A DNA stretch of 64,000 bases, from IMG/VR virus record IMGVR_UViG_3300034356_001764, positions 1 to 64,000 of that record. One strand, 5' to 3'. Source of the DNA: a virus. Shown here in pieces: positions 63,395 to 64,000 of the stretch (the first letter of the stretch is position 1; the number at the start of each line of letters is the position of its first letter). The position numbers and the translations under genes were made by a program. The notes under the pieces are model-generated. The model was not told where the DNA came from and did not search any database. It saw only the letters and a list, made by a program, of their open reading frames with translations.

Positions 63395-64000
63395 ACAATA
63401 TCATTTGATTCAATTAATGTATATGTAAAGTTGTTTCCATGTGCAGCTTTTGCTTTACGGCAAATTGCCATAAACTCTTCAAAGTCTGCGGCCTTCTTAA
63501 ACACTTGACATCCTTCTGACCAGTTTTCTACAAAAGTAGAATCGGCACCAGCTTTATGAATATTGATACCAAAGAGACCTTCTTGAATAGACTTCTCATC
63601 ATATATCATATCCTTGTTTGGATCACGGTATACTTTAACTGGTTTGTTTTGTCCTAGTGCTTCATACTTACCAGAATGAAGACGCATTATATGAGAGTTA
63701 ATATATTGTCCTTCAACTAATCTAGCTACACCAGCTTTGTTTCCAAATTGCATTACACCTTTAGTTCCAGGATCTGTAGTTGCTGGCCAACAATGAAAAT
63801 GCTCTACATCATCAACAGTATAAGTTAAAGTTAAATGATCATCAAATAAGTTAGTTACTTTTTGACCTGTAGAAGAGTTTCTTACTCCTACAATATTTAA
63901 CATTAAATCTTTACCATCAAACCACTTGTGTCCTTTTGATGCTACTGCTTTTTTTATTTGAGCTGCTGTGTACTTAGTAGCAACTGCAGGTTTACTATCT
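63391..64000 (-). CDS. YkuD/L,D-transpeptidase-fold peptidoglycan enzyme (putative endolysin), 5'-truncated
   Basis: GINIHKAG...WSEGCQV His/Cys motif; frame stays open upstream of 63903 to the window edge (...KYTAAQIKKAVASKGHKWFDGKDLMLNIVGVRN). Confidence 0.7.
   Translation of the reverse strand, partial: DSKPAVATKYTAAQIKKAVASKGHKWFDGKDLMLNIVGVRNSSTGQKVTNLFDDHLTLTYTVDDVEHFHCWPATTDPGTKGVMQFGNKAGVARLVEGQYINSHIMRLHSGKYEALGQNKPVKVYRDPNKDMIYDEKSIQEGLFGINIHKAGADSTFVENWSEGCQVFKKAADFEEFMAICRKAKAAHGNNFTYTLIESNDIV

Noticed and set aside
1-64000. tRNA, rRNA or other structured RNA genes
   Set aside because: Intergenic gaps are short (about 110 nt or less) and accounted for by terminators and promoter-like motifs; no cloverleaf was noticed.

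Overview
This AT-rich window is phage DNA, with every credible gene on the minus strand. Gene order and content match the virion-morphogenesis and transcription module of a crAss-like phage (Crassvirales or a relative; probably an environmental Bacteroidota host) read in the standard genetic code. In transcription order (high to low coordinates): a 5'-truncated YkuD-type peptidoglycan enzyme, small HTH/IHF/Zn-finger genes, a PD-(D/E)XK nuclease, TerL, portal, scaffold-like protein, major capsid protein, a cluster of small Lys-rich proteins, ring/ferritin/auxiliary capsid genes, Cys-rich fibre-like genes, IHF-like, ring and muzzle genes, five large cargo genes, and a >3650-aa virion RNA polymerase ORF (10957 to beyond position 1) that the ORF track misses. 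Three observations stand out. (1) The RNAP C-terminus is an in-frame array of single-domain cassettes (DUF4326-like, Macro-like, AlkB-like), each preceded by a near-identical 24-nt linker. (2) A short di-glycine motif (e.g. AQKGG, FQDGG) recurs about 35-40 times in three cargo proteins and the basic proteins, and sits at domain borders of a 1757-aa multi-enzyme protein, which suggests polyprotein processing. (3) The cargo proteins carry a set of modification writer/eraser-like domains (SET, GNAT, ART, Macro, AlkB, HAD). All domain calls are by-eye motif recognition; no database searches were run.
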